From Candidatus Eremiobacteria bacterium (GTDB taxonomy: Bacteria > Vulcanimicrobiota > Vulcanimicrobiia > Vulcanimicrobiales > Vulcanimicrobiaceae): 64,000 bases of DNA. Under the pieces are notes generated by a model. That model saw only the letters and a list, made by a program, of their open reading frames with translations, had not been told where the DNA came from and did no database searches. Made by a program: the position numbers and the translations under genes. The DNA is taken from contig CAVWUU010000004.1 of assembly GCA_963758295.1 (NCBI GenBank), positions 448,001-512,000 on the forward strand, given 5' to 3'. Shown here piece after piece: positions 32,090-42,123 of the stretch. Within the stretch, counting starts at the first letter, position 1; the number at the start of each line of letters is the position of its first letter.

Positions 32090-33557
32090 CGGCACGATTA
32101 TTCTGATCGTTCTCGTCGCCGCCGTTACGGTGATGGGTTTTCTTGCAGCGCGCTGGGGCACAACCGGAAAGCTTAGTACGCTCGACGATTGGGCGTTAGG
32201 CGGCCGGCGCTTCGGTACGGTTGTTTCATGGTTTCTGCTCGGCGGTGATTTGTACACTGCGTACACATTTATCGCCGTGCCTGCGCTGGTTTACGGCGTT
32301 GGTGCGCTCGGCTTCTTTGCGGTTCCGTACGCGACTATTGCTTACCCGGTGGCGTTCGTTGTGCTGAGCCGCTTCTACGCAGTTGCGCGCGAGCGAGGCT
32401 ACGTCACTTCGGCCGATTTCGTCCGCGAACGATTCGGCAGCCGTACCTTAGAGATCGCCGTCGCAATCACCGGCGTCCTTGCGGCCATGCCATACATTGC
32501 GCTGCAGCTCGACGGCATGCAAGCGGTGTTCGCGCAAATCGGCGGCATCTTTTCCGGTGGCGGCGGCCTCGCCGCGCTCGCCATTTCATTCGTGCTGCTT
32601 GCGGCTTATACGTACACGAGCGGTCTGCGCGCACCCGCGATGATCGCCTTCGTTAAGGATGCGCTGATCTACGTTACCGTTATTGCGGCGATCGTCGTGA
32701 TTCCGGCTAAGCTCGGCGGATGGGCGCACATTTTTAGCGTGTCACAAGCGGCGCTCGCAGCAAAACCGAAGCCGGGCAACATTCTGCTCTCGCCTTCGCA
32801 ATATTTTGCGTATGCCACGATGGCGTTCGGCTCGTCGCTGTCGCTTTTCATCTACCCGCATTCCATCACGAGCATTCTGGCGGCAAAGAGCCGCGCTGTA
32901 ATCCGGCGAAATGCCGCGCTGCTTCCGGTGTATTCGTTGCTGCTGGGATTCTTGGCTCTGCTCGGGTACTGCGGCCTCGCGGCCGGTATCAAGACGACCA
33001 GTTCAAGCTCGGTGGTACCAATTTTGATCGCGCGATTCTTTCCCGACTGGTTCGCGGGCGTGGCGCAAGCAGCGATTGTAATTGGCGCATTGGTTCCGGC
33101 CGCCATTATGGCCATCGGCTCCGCGAATCTTTTTGCGAGTAACATTTTCAACCAGTACACCGTCGATCGCCGAAGCGGCGAAACACGAACTGCAAAGCTT
33201 TTGACGCTCGCATTTTGCGCGGTGGCCTTGCTAATCGTCTTGTTCGTCCCGGTTCAGTACGCCATTTACTTCCAGCTCCTCGGCGGCGCGTGGATGTTGC
33301 AAGTGTTTCCATCGTTTGTCTTCGGGTTGTATACGCGCTGGTTCAATCGCCGCGCATTACTCGCCGGTTGGTTCTGCGGGATGGCGGCGGCAACGCTTAT
33401 GGCTGTATCGACCGGATTCAATCCCAATATCACGGCGCATGCCGGCGGTTTTACCGTCACAGGCTTTATCGCGCTCTACGCGCTCGCAATCAATCTCGCA
33501 ATTTCCGCAATCGGGACGCTCGCGTTAGGTGGCAATCGTGAAGTTCGTCAATCCTGA
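32082..33557 (+). CDS. Sodium:solute symporter (MctP-like monocarboxylate permease)
   Basis: WALGGRRFG...WFLLGGDLYTAYTF...MPYIALQL. Confidence 0.9.
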   Translation: MSSGTIILIVLVAAVTVMGFLAARWGTTGKLSTLDDWALGGRRFGTVVSWFLLGGDLYTAYTFIAVPALVYGVGALGFFAVPYATIAYPVAFVVLSRFYAVARERGYVTSADFVRERFGSRTLEIAVAITGVLAAMPYIALQLDGMQAVFAQIGGIFSGGGGLAALAISFVLLAAYTYTSGLRAPAMIAFVKDALIYVTVIAAIVVIPAKLGGWAHIFSVSQAALAAKPKPGNILLSPSQYFAYATMAFGSSLSLFIYPHSITSILAAKSRAVIRRNAALLPVYSLLLGFLALLGYCGLAAGIKTTSSSSVVPILIARFFPDWFAGVAQAAIVIGALVPAAIMAIGSANLFASNIFNQYTVDRRSGETRTAKLLTLAFCAVALLIVLFVPVQYAIYFQLLGGAWMLQVFPSFVFGLYTRWFNRRALLAGWFCGMAAATLMAVSTGFNPNITAHAGGFTVTGFIALYALAINLAISAIGTLALGGNREVRQS

Positions 33558-33927
33558 ATCTTGGCCGCGCCCCAAAGGCTACTCAAACGGCGTCCTTGCC
33601 GAAGGGCGCTTCTTGGCGATCGCGGGGCAGATCGGCTGGAACGAACGCGGGGAATTCGTCTCCGGCGATTTTGTTGCACAAGCAAGACAGGCGCTGCGCA
33701 ACATCGTTGCCATCCTGACGACCGCAGGCGCTGCGCCGGAACACGTCGTGCGCATGACGTGGTACGTCACCGACAAACGACAATATCTCGCTGCATCGCC
33801 GGACTTAGGTAGAATGTATCGCGAAGTGTTCGGAGCGCACTACCCCGCGATGACACTCGTCGTGGTCGCAGGTCTCCTTGAAGACCGGGCCGTGGTGGAA
33901 ATCGAGGCGACTGCCGTTCTGCCGTAA
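33529..33927 (+). CDS. RidA/YjgF family protein of the type found in abm clusters
   Basis: PKGYSNG...AGQIGW...YPAMTLV.V..L....VEIEATAV. Confidence 0.9.
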   Translation: MAIVKFVNPESWPRPKGYSNGVLAEGRFLAIAGQIGWNERGEFVSGDFVAQARQALRNIVAILTTAGAAPEHVVRMTWYVTDKRQYLAASPDLGRMYREVFGAHYPAMTLVVVAGLLEDRAVVEIEATAVLP

Positions 33928-33931
33928 GATC

Positions 33932-34735
33932 TCACGCGTGCGTGCGGTTTAGTCTGTCGCCGAATTCGAGCAAAAGTGGTTCACCCGAGTCCGACATGAA
34001 CGCAATCGGCAGGCCTTGGGCCACGCCCGGGTCGGCGAAGGCCGTTTTCTGCGCGTGGATGTGAAGATGCGATTGCGACGTGTTGCCGGAGTTCCCGCAA
34101 AGGGCGATTTCGTCGCCCGCTGACACAGGCGCGCCGGGGCGAACGCAAATGGAACCTCGCTTCAAATGCGCGAGAATGATGTAGCCGCGCGGCGTTTCGA
34201 TGGATACATAGTTGCCGAAGGGACGTCTTCTTTCGCGGTGCTTTGCGGTGGGCGCCGCATCGTCATAGCGGTCTTCCACGTGCGCGATCATTCCGCGGCA
34301 AGGCGCAAGGATGGGCTGTTCCCAGGACGGTCCTTCGTCGTTGAGAAAGTCGTAAGCGAAGTATTGATCGATGACGACCTGATGGTGATTGTGGCGCGGG
34401 TCCGGTCCCCCGGCGACAACCCGCCATCGTCCGTTGAACGGGGGTTGCAACACGATTGCATCAGCGGCCCGGGCGATCCAGCGCGTTGCGTCGTTCTGCC
34501 GGTCGATCCACGCCCACACGCCAATGGCAATCGCGCCTATGAAAGCAGCGCAGTAAGCGAAGAACCTTGCTTGGGGATAAACCACGTCCGCAAAGCCGCC
34601 TATGACGGCAACAAAGATCGTCCCCCAAAGCGCCCGCTGCTGCACTGACCCGAAGCGCACAACCAAGCTGACGGCGATTACGCTCGCGATGTAAAGGACG
34701 AAAACGCCCCAAACGACGCTATTCGACAGATGCAC
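33932..34735 (-). CDS. Membrane-anchored M23 family metallopeptidase
   Basis: HH...YD, GNYVSI...AHL, GNSGNTSQSHLHIH; three N-terminal TM segments. Confidence 0.85.
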   Translation of the reverse strand: MHLSNSVVWGVFVLYIASVIAVSLVVRFGSVQQRALWGTIFVAVIGGFADVVYPQARFFAYCAAFIGAIAIGVWAWIDRQNDATRWIARAADAIVLQPPFNGRWRVVAGGPDPRHNHHQVVIDQYFAYDFLNDEGPSWEQPILAPCRGMIAHVEDRYDDAAPTAKHRERRRPFGNYVSIETPRGYIILAHLKRGSICVRPGAPVSAGDEIALCGNSGNTSQSHLHIHAQKTAFADPGVAQGLPIAFMSDSGEPLLLEFGDRLNRTHA

Positions 34736-36344
34736 GTTGGCGAAGTTTAAAGCGCTGCACCTTACCCGTTTCGGTGCGCGGAAGCTCCGCGACGAATTCG
34801 ATTTCCCGCGGTGCCTTGAACGGTGCGATGATCCGCTTGCAGTGTTCGCGTAGCTCTTCGGATTTGGGATCACCGGCGAGCGCCGCATTAACGAGAACCA
34901 CGTAGGCTTTTACGATGTGGGTATCGTGCTGCGGATCCGGTTTCGCCACGACGGCGCATTCGCGAACCTCGGCATGCGTAAGCAGTGCCTGCTCGACTTC
35001 CGGACCGGAAATATTGTAGCCGGCCGAAACAATCATGTCGTCCGTGCGCGCGACGTAGTAAAAATACCCTTCTTCATCCATCCGATACGCATCACCCGGA
35101 TAGTTCCAACCGCTCCGGACGTAAGAAGATTGTCGGGCATCGTCAAGATACTTACAGCCCGTCGGGCCCCTAACGGCCAAACGGCCGACCTCACCGAAGG
35201 GCAATGTATTTCCGTCGTCGTCATGAATTTCAGCGTAATACCCGGGAACGGCGCGCCCGGTGGAACCGGCCTTCACCTCGTCGACGTCACTTCCGATGAA
35301 GATGTGCAGCATTTCGGTGCTTCCGATGCCATCGATGATCTTTATACCGGTCGCGTCGTGAAAGGCTTCCCACACCGGTTTCGGTAGCGTCTCCCCTGCG
35401 GAGACGCACGTATGCAGCGTCGACACATCGTATTTCGACGCTAGCGTCGCGATCGTCCGGTACGCAATCGGCGCGGTAAAAACGGTGGTGACGCCGAACT
35501 CCGCAATATTCCGCAACAGCTCTTCCGGGCCGGCTTTTTCGAGCAACAGCGTCGCAGCACCGGCATGAAGCGGAAAGAGCAGCAGGCCGCCCAAGCCGAA
35601 CGTAAACGCGAGCGGCGGACTGCCGCAGAACAAGTCATCGTGTTTCGGCTTGAGCACGCGCTTGCCGAACGTATCGCACGTAGCCAAGATGTCACGATGG
35701 AAGTGCATCGCGGCTTTCGGCGTGCCGGTCGTGCCCGACGTGAACGCGATAATGGCGACGTCTTGCGCGCCCGTCTGCACGCTCTCGAAGTGCGACGGTT
35801 TAGACGCCATCCGTGTCTCCAAACCATCTGCCGCATCGCTTCGAAAATGAACGGTCGCGATATCGACGTTGCCCGAGCAGGCCATGCCTAATTCGTCTGA
35901 CAGACGCGCGTCGCAAAGCGCGACGGTCACTTTTGCTTTCTCGATCATATGCCGCAATTCGTTCGCCCGATAGAGCGGCATGGTGGTAACGGCAACAGCG
36001 CCGGCTTTGAGCACGGCGAACCAGCACGCTGCCAGCATCGGCGAATTCGCGCCGCGAAGCAGAACCCGTGCTCCGGGAACGACGCCAAGGTCTTCTACAA
36101 GAACGCCGGCAATGCGATTCGAGGTCTCATACAGATCCTGATAAGTCCAATCGATGCCGCCCGGTGCCACGATACACCGGCGAGCGCCGTTGCCTTCGTG
36201 CACGTGACGGTCGAGCAGCCATTGCGCAGCGTTCAACTTATCCGAATAGTGGAGGTCGGGCAGATCGAACAGAAACTCGGGCATTGACTCCGCCGGGGGT
36301 AAGTGCTCCTCCGCGAAGCGGTCGACGTGTCCGCTAAACGCCAC
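34719..36344 (-). CDS. 2-aminobenzoate/benzoate-CoA ligase (AbmG-like)
   Basis: [41 protein letters not shown]. Confidence 0.88.
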   Translation of the reverse strand: MAFSGHVDRFAEEHLPPAESMPEFLFDLPDLHYSDKLNAAQWLLDRHVHEGNGARRCIVAPGGIDWTYQDLYETSNRIAGVLVEDLGVVPGARVLLRGANSPMLAACWFAVLKAGAVAVTTMPLYRANELRHMIEKAKVTVALCDARLSDELGMACSGNVDIATVHFRSDAADGLETRMASKPSHFESVQTGAQDVAIIAFTSGTTGTPKAAMHFHRDILATCDTFGKRVLKPKHDDLFCGSPPLAFTFGLGGLLLFPLHAGAATLLLEKAGPEELLRNIAEFGVTTVFTAPIAYRTIATLASKYDVSTLHTCVSAGETLPKPVWEAFHDATGIKIIDGIGSTEMLHIFIGSDVDEVKAGSTGRAVPGYYAEIHDDDGNTLPFGEVGRLAVRGPTGCKYLDDARQSSYVRSGWNYPGDAYRMDEEGYFYYVARTDDMIVSAGYNISGPEVEQALLTHAEVRECAVVAKPDPQHDTHIVKAYVVLVNAALAGDPKSEELREHCKRIIAPFKAPREIEFVAELPRTETGKVQRFKLRQRASVE

Positions 36345-37497
36345 GTTGCTCCTCCAATGTCTGCCGAGCAATGACGAGTTCTTGAATTTCGCTTGCGCCT
36401 TCGTATATGCGAAGAGCGCGTACGTCGCGATAGAGCCGCTCGACGACCTCGCCTCGCGTCACGCCCCGGCCTCCGAAGAGCTGCACCGCCCGGTCGCAAA
36501 TGCGGCCTGCGGTTTCCGTAGCAAAAAGCTTCGCCATCGCCGCTTCACGAGTGATTCGCGCCGCGCCGGTATCTTTTTGCCAGGCCGCCCGATAAACGAG
36601 CAGCGCACTCGCATCGATGCCCGTCGCCATCTTCGCAATCGCCGCTTGCGTCAGTTGGAGCGCCGCGAGCGGCGCGCCGAACAGCGTGCGACTTGCGGTG
36701 TGCTCGAGCGTTTCTTTCATCGCGCGGCGGGCAAAGCCGAGCGCTGCGGCGCCGACCGTACTGCGAAAGACATCTAAGGTAGCCATGGCGATCTTGAATC
36801 CTTGCCCCTCGTCGCCAAGCCGTTGGGTCTTTGGAATTCGGCAATTGCTAAACCGAAGCGTTCCGAGCGGATGCGGCGAGATAGTGTCGATGCGATCGAC
36901 CACTTCGAGGCCCGGATGATATGCGTCGACGACGAAGGCACTCAGGCCCCGCGCGCCTTCCGGTGACGTCCGCGCGAACACGACGTAGAAATCGGCAATT
37001 CCGGCATTTGAAATCCACGTCTTGTCGCCGTCAAGCACGTAGGCGTCGGCGTCGGCTTTCGCCGTCATCGCTAGAGCGGCAACATCGGAGCCGGCCTCGC
37101 GCTCCGAGAGCGCAAACGCCGCAATCGCATCGCCGGCAGCGACTGCCGGCAGGTACTGCGCTTTCATCTCGCTGGACCCAAAGAGCGTAATTGCGCCGCT
37201 TCCAAGGCCTTGCATCGCAAATGCAAAGTCGGCCAGCGCCGAACGATAGGCGAGTGTTTCACGCGCCAAGCACAACGTGCGAACGTCAAGCGTATCGCGC
37301 AAACCGCCATACGCCTTGGGGATACATGCCCGCAGCCAGCCGCCGTCGCCCAGCTCGCGCACCCAAGTTTGGGTGCTGCTATCGGCGTCTTCTTCGTCGT
37401 CGGAGACGGTCGTGCGATTCGTCCAGGCGTCGAGCGAAACCGCGAACTCACGGTGTTCCGGGCCGAAGAACGGCCACGCTAAATCCCGTTCGTTCAT
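36334..37497 (-). CDS. Acyl-CoA dehydrogenase (AbmD-like)
   Basis: [34 protein letters not shown]. Confidence 0.9.
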   Translation of the reverse strand: MNERDLAWPFFGPEHREFAVSLDAWTNRTTVSDDEEDADSSTQTWVRELGDGGWLRACIPKAYGGLRDTLDVRTLCLARETLAYRSALADFAFAMQGLGSGAITLFGSSEMKAQYLPAVAAGDAIAAFALSEREAGSDVAALAMTAKADADAYVLDGDKTWISNAGIADFYVVFARTSPEGARGLSAFVVDAYHPGLEVVDRIDTISPHPLGTLRFSNCRIPKTQRLGDEGQGFKIAMATLDVFRSTVGAAALGFARRAMKETLEHTASRTLFGAPLAALQLTQAAIAKMATGIDASALLVYRAAWQKDTGAARITREAAMAKLFATETAGRICDRAVQLFGGRGVTRGEVVERLYRDVRALRIYEGASEIQELVIARQTLEEQRGV

Positions 37498-37501
37498 CCT
37501 T

Positions 37502-38290
37502 CTAGTTCCCTTCGAACCGCGGCTCTTGTTTTGCGACGAACGCTTCGTACGCGCGGCGGAAGTCTTGCGTCTCCATGCATACTGCCTGCGCTTGCGCCTC
37601 GGCATCGATCGCTGCGTCGAGCGGCATCGCCCATTCTTCGTGCAGCATCTTCTTCGTCATCGCATGGGCAAACGTGGGTCCGTGCGCCAAAGTCCTGGCC
37701 ATCTCGACGGCCCGATACTTCACGTCCCCGGGATCGCAAAGATCGTTGTAAAAGCCCCAGTCGAACGCTTGCGTTCCGCTCATCACGCGGCCCGTATACA
37801 GCAGTTCCGACGCGCGCCCGAGCCCAATGATTCGCGGCAACATCGCGCACGCGCCCATATCGCAGCCGGCTAGACCCACACGCACGAAAAGAAACGCCAC
37901 CTTGGAACGCGCCGTTCCGAAACGCAGATCCGACGCCATGGCGAGGATCGCTCCTGCACCCCCGCACACCCCGTCGACCGAGGCGACAATGGGTTGCGGT
38001 GCAGCGCGCATCGCCTTCACTAAATCGCCCGTCATTTGCGTGAACTCGCGCAGCTGGTCCGCGGTGCTTTCGGTGAGCGGGCCAATGATGTCCCGCACGT
38101 CGCCGCCGGAGCAAAAATTCTCCCCTTCGCCGGCGAGGACGACGGCTTTAATGTCGTCGCGAGCGTGCAAAGCCCGGAACCAATCGCGCAATTCGGCGTA
38201 GAGCTCGAACGTGAGAGGGTTCTTTCGTTCGGGCCGATCCAACGTTACCGTCGCGACGCGATCGGCAATCTCGTAGTGAGCTTTCGTCAT
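37502..38290 (-). CDS. Enoyl-CoA hydratase family protein (AbmC-like)
   Basis: [28 protein letters not shown]. Confidence 0.9.
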   Translation of the reverse strand: MTKAHYEIADRVATVTLDRPERKNPLTFELYAELRDWFRALHARDDIKAVVLAGEGENFCSGGDVRDIIGPLTESTADQLREFTQMTGDLVKAMRAAPQPIVASVDGVCGGAGAILAMASDLRFGTARSKVAFLFVRVGLAGCDMGACAMLPRIIGLGRASELLYTGRVMSGTQAFDWGFYNDLCDPGDVKYRAVEMARTLAHGPTFAHAMTKKMLHEEWAMPLDAAIDAEAQAQAVCMETQDFRRAYEAFVAKQEPRFEGN

Positions 38291-38296
38291 AGGACG

Positions 38297-38719
38297 CTAT
38301 CGAATCTGGAACGGAAGATCTTCTTCCGTTTCTGCGCCGGCGGTATTTCGCGCAATCACGCGCAAATCGTAACCCCTAATGAAGATCGAGGGCAGATCGA
38401 AGACGTCGACTCTAAAGGCGAAGTGCCCGAAATCGCGGCGTCGCGCATTGATCGAAAAGAGATTGTTTCTTACCTCTACGCTCGCGACGTTGGTGCTGGT
38501 ATCGATCTTTCCTTCCCAAGTGCTTGCACGTCTTACGTCGAGCGAATTAAACCACATCGCCTGAATCTTCGGTGCCGCCGCATTCGGAAGCGCGAGCGCA
38601 CGAACCGCCGGTACGGGCCTTCCAACCCGCGCATTTGGGGGCGGCGGTGGAGCACCGGAGCTGCATGCGCCAAGAGCACCGGCAAGAACGAGCAAAAGCA
38701 CGCGCGGCCATCGATTCAT
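38297..38719 (-). CDS. Hypothetical lipoprotein
   Basis: MNRWPRVLLLVLAGALGAC lipobox, Pro-rich linker, beta-rich domain. Confidence 0.7.
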   Translation of the reverse strand: MNRWPRVLLLVLAGALGACSSGAPPPPPNARVGRPVPAVRALALPNAAAPKIQAMWFNSLDVRRASTWEGKIDTSTNVASVEVRNNLFSINARRRDFGHFAFRVDVFDLPSIFIRGYDLRVIARNTAGAETEEDLPFQIR

Positions 38720-38805
38720 TAGGAGAAATGGTCGGCAGCGCGGCTGGGCGATTCCTGCCTCCCGCGAACAGGGCGCCCACAAAGCATGCTCGTATGGCAC
38801 GCACC

Positions 38806-39822
38806 ATGACGCGACTTGCTTCCCGCAGCTTAGCGTTCGACTACGCCGTGGGCATCTGCAGCGTCTGGATTTCCGCCGGATTTTTCCTCGATGCGTGGGC
38901 GCACGGCCACGTTCCGGTCGAATCGTTTTTCACGCCGTATCACGGCGTCTTCTACTCGGGCATGCTCGCGATGGTGGCGGTACTTGCCGCCTTCTGGCTG
39001 CGTCATCGTGCCCTACCTCCCGGCTACCGCTTCGCCCTGCTCGGCATTCCGGTCTTTCTTCTTGCGGGAATCGGAGACATGTGTTGGCATCTTTTGCTTG
39101 GGATCGAAGAAGGCGTCGACGCACTGTTGAGCCCAACGCATCAATGTCTCGGCCTGGGAATTTTCATCCTCGCGTCCGGTCCGATTCGCTCGGTCATCCA
39201 CGACCGCTTGAACTCGACGACGTTCGGCAAGCAGTTTCCGCTCGTCTTGGGCCTTTCCACGTGGCTCATCCTCGTGCATTTCGGAACCGCGTACGCCTTC
39301 GATCCCGGAGCGGGACGAACGAACGCGCCCCCCGTTGCCGACGCGATGTCGCAGCAATATCTCACGGCGCTCGCGATCGGCTATTACAAAATTTCCATCG
39401 GCGTACTCATCGCCATCTTTCAAGCCATCATGATGACCGCGTTTGCCCTGTGGACGGTCGGCCGGATCCGCCTGCGCCCGGGCTGTTTCACGCTGTTCTA
39501 TCTGATCGGCAACGTCCCGGCCGCTGCGGCATTCACAAATCACACACCGCTGCTCGGCGTAACGCTAGTGCAGTCGCTGGCAGCGGGCATTGTCGCCGAC
39601 TGGCTTGTCTCGCGCTATGACGTGCAACCGGAACTTCCGAAATGGTACCGGATCTTTGCCGTTGCCGTTCCTCTCGCATACATGGGAGCCTATTTGCTGG
39701 GAACGTTGAGTGCCGACGGCCTATGGTGGGATTGGAATGAGGCACTCGGCGCTTGGATGTGGTGCGGCGTCGTGGGCTTCGCTTTAAGTTTGATTGGGAC
39801 GGCTCGCCGAACGCCGGCATGA
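38806..39822 (+). CDS. Polytopic membrane protein with conserved-looking His/Asp motifs
   Basis: DAWAH...ESFFTPYH...GDMCWH...SPTH; ATGA overlap with the next gene. Confidence 0.75.
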   Translation: MTRLASRSLAFDYAVGICSVWISAGFFLDAWAHGHVPVESFFTPYHGVFYSGMLAMVAVLAAFWLRHRALPPGYRFALLGIPVFLLAGIGDMCWHLLLGIEEGVDALLSPTHQCLGLGIFILASGPIRSVIHDRLNSTTFGKQFPLVLGLSTWLILVHFGTAYAFDPGAGRTNAPPVADAMSQQYLTALAIGYYKISIGVLIAIFQAIMMTAFALWTVGRIRLRPGCFTLFYLIGNVPAAAAFTNHTPLLGVTLVQSLAAGIVADWLVSRYDVQPELPKWYRIFAVAVPLAYMGAYLLGTLSADGLWWDWNEALGAWMWCGVVGFALSLIGTARRTPA

Positions 39823-41345
39823 TCCAGCTGCTCGTCGCGCTCGGCACGCTTGCGCTGCACGTTGCTACGGCGTGGCGTTACGGCTATTTCCGCGACGAAC
39901 TGTACTTCATCGCATGTTCCAAACATCTCACGTGGGGGTACGTCGATCAGCCGCCGCTTGTGGCGGTTGCCGCGCTGCTTGCCGCACCGTTCCACTACGA
40001 TTTGATCGCGCTGCGATTATTGCCCGCTATCGCCGCGGCGCTGACGCCGGTCATCGGCATGCAGATTGTAAAAGAGCTCGGCGGAGGGAAATTCGCGCAG
40101 CTCCTCGCCGGCGTTTCGATCGCCCTCCTGCCCGCGTATTTGCTCCTTGGGAACGTGCTTACGACGACGTCTTTCGAGGGACTGTCGTGGACGCTCGCGA
40201 TCTGGTGCGTGATAAGGATCGTTTGCGCTGAAGATCGCGGGAGGTCGTTTTGGTGGATCGCCGTTGGCGTCGCGGTTGCTTTCGGTCTTTACGGGAAATA
40301 CTCGATGGGACTCTTAGTCGTTGCGTTACTTGGCGGGCTCCTTGCGATGCCGCAGCGCCGATTACTATTCGGTTGGCACTTGGCGCTTGCGGCTTTGATT
40401 GTGTTTGCATTGATCGCGCCGAATCTTTTTTGGCAGGCGCGGCACGGGTGGCCCTTCTTCGAAGTCCTTCAAGGTGATGCTGCGCATAGGCATGCTTTTA
40501 ACACCGGCCTTACGCTTGAGTATCAAAGTTTCTTTCCGAACTTCATCGCTTTCGCGGGGGAACAGCTGCTGTATACCAACCCGATTGCGGTTCCGGTATG
40601 GATAGCGGGCCTGGTTGCGCCGTTCGCATGGCGCAATTTGCGCGATCTGCGATTCCTTAGCATCGCTTACTTCGCGCTTTTCTTGCTCGCGGTACTGCTC
40701 GAAGCCAAAGGGTACTACATCATCGGGATTTACGGCGCGCTACTCGCGACGGGCGCCGTGGCCGTGGAGCGAGCGGCTGCGAGACTTCGTTGGTCTCTCC
40801 TTGCAGCGATTGCCGCCGTTGCCGTTGTAACGCTGCCGCTTTCGATTCCCGTATTGTCTTTGCGGCAGTTCATCGGTTACAGCGCGGCGCTCGGAATGAC
40901 GGGCCGAAACGGCGAACCGGCTCGCCTCGTACAGCCGCTCTATGCCGAAGAATTCGGATGGGACCGCCTCGCGCGAGATGTGGCATCGTTTTACAACGCG
41001 CTTGCGCCCGGGACGCGCGGCCTTACGGCAATCTACGCCGATACTTATGCCGACGCGGGCGCCATCGATTTTTTCGGTCCGAGATACCATTTACCGCCGG
41101 CAATCGGCAGCCAAAACACCTATTGGCTTTGGGGTCCACGCGGATACGACGGAAAGACGCTAATAGCCATCGGTGCAACTCGTATCGGTTTATTGCGCAA
41201 ATACTATCGAAGCGTGCAGCTGATCCGAACTTCCAACGAACCGCTCAAGTGGGCCGTCGAGGGACCATCACCCATTTATCTGTGTAGCGATCCCATCATG
41301 CCGTTCGACCGCATTTGGCAACAATTACGTTGGTACGGTGCCTAA
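39819..41345 (+). CDS. GT-C glycosyltransferase (ArnT/family 39-like)
   Basis: YGYFRDELYF...WGYVDQPPL; GKY; PNLFWQ. Confidence 0.88.
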   Translation: MIQLLVALGTLALHVATAWRYGYFRDELYFIACSKHLTWGYVDQPPLVAVAALLAAPFHYDLIALRLLPAIAAALTPVIGMQIVKELGGGKFAQLLAGVSIALLPAYLLLGNVLTTTSFEGLSWTLAIWCVIRIVCAEDRGRSFWWIAVGVAVAFGLYGKYSMGLLVVALLGGLLAMPQRRLLFGWHLALAALIVFALIAPNLFWQARHGWPFFEVLQGDAAHRHAFNTGLTLEYQSFFPNFIAFAGEQLLYTNPIAVPVWIAGLVAPFAWRNLRDLRFLSIAYFALFLLAVLLEAKGYYIIGIYGALLATGAVAVERAAARLRWSLLAAIAAVAVVTLPLSIPVLSLRQFIGYSAALGMTGRNGEPARLVQPLYAEEFGWDRLARDVASFYNALAPGTRGLTAIYADTYADAGAIDFFGPRYHLPPAIGSQNTYWLWGPRGYDGKTLIAIGATRIGLLRKYYRSVQLIRTSNEPLKWAVEGPSPIYLCSDPIMPFDRIWQQLRWYGA

Positions 41346-41376
41346 CTGGGTGTTTAGGAACGCCGCAAAGGTGACA

Positions 41377-42123
41377 TTAAGCGACGGCTAAGCCTGGAAC
41401 GACGAGCGAAACACCGTTGCGGGTGCCGCAGATAAGGTCCAGTGCGGCGCCGGCGACTTCTTCTACGGTCGCCAAGCGACCACCGGGATTCATTTCTGCT
41501 AGAGTTGAGCGCGCCTGTTCTTCGGTTGCGCCGGTGTGCTTGCAAATTTTGTCGATCGCCTGATGCATCATGTCGGTTTCCGTGTAGCCAGGGCAAATGG
41601 CATTCGCGGTGATTCCGTTTTCCGCGAATTCCGCCGCGAGCGCGCGGGTTAAGCCGATGACGCCGTGCTTACTTGCGGTATAGGCGCAAATGTACGGAGC
41701 GCCCATCAATCCCGCAATGCTCGCGACGTTGAGGATGCGTCCCCATTTCCCGGCGAGCATGTCAGCTGCGGCAAGCCGCGAGCACAAAAACGCGCCGGTC
41801 ATATTCGTTGCGACGATCTTGTCCCACAATTCCTTTGACGTGCGAAGAAGCGGCGCCGAATCCGAGATGCCGGAGTTGTTGACAAGAATCTCAACGGGGC
41901 CATTGATTTTGCGGCACGCATTAAATGCTTCTTGAACCTGCCCTTCGTCCGTTACGTCGGCCGCGGCGGTGACGCATCCTTCGCGTACGCCCGGATGGCG
42001 GCTGATGATGCTGACCCGCGCGCCGTGTGCCGCCAAGGCGTCGGCGATGCCCCGTCCGATTCCGCGCGCGCCACCCGTGACGACGGCGTGTTTGCCGTTC
42101 AGAACCGAAGCATCAAATGGCAT
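41377..42123 (-). CDS. Short-chain dehydrogenase/reductase (AbmB-like)
   Basis: [17 protein letters not shown]. Confidence 0.92.
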   Translation of the reverse strand: MPFDASVLNGKHAVVTGGARGIGRGIADALAAHGARVSIISRHPGVREGCVTAAADVTDEGQVQEAFNACRKINGPVEILVNNSGISDSAPLLRTSKELWDKIVATNMTGAFLCSRLAAADMLAGKWGRILNVASIAGLMGAPYICAYTASKHGVIGLTRALAAEFAENGITANAICPGYTETDMMHQAIDKICKHTGATEEQARSTLAEMNPGGRLATVEEVAGAALDLICGTRNGVSLVVPGLAVA

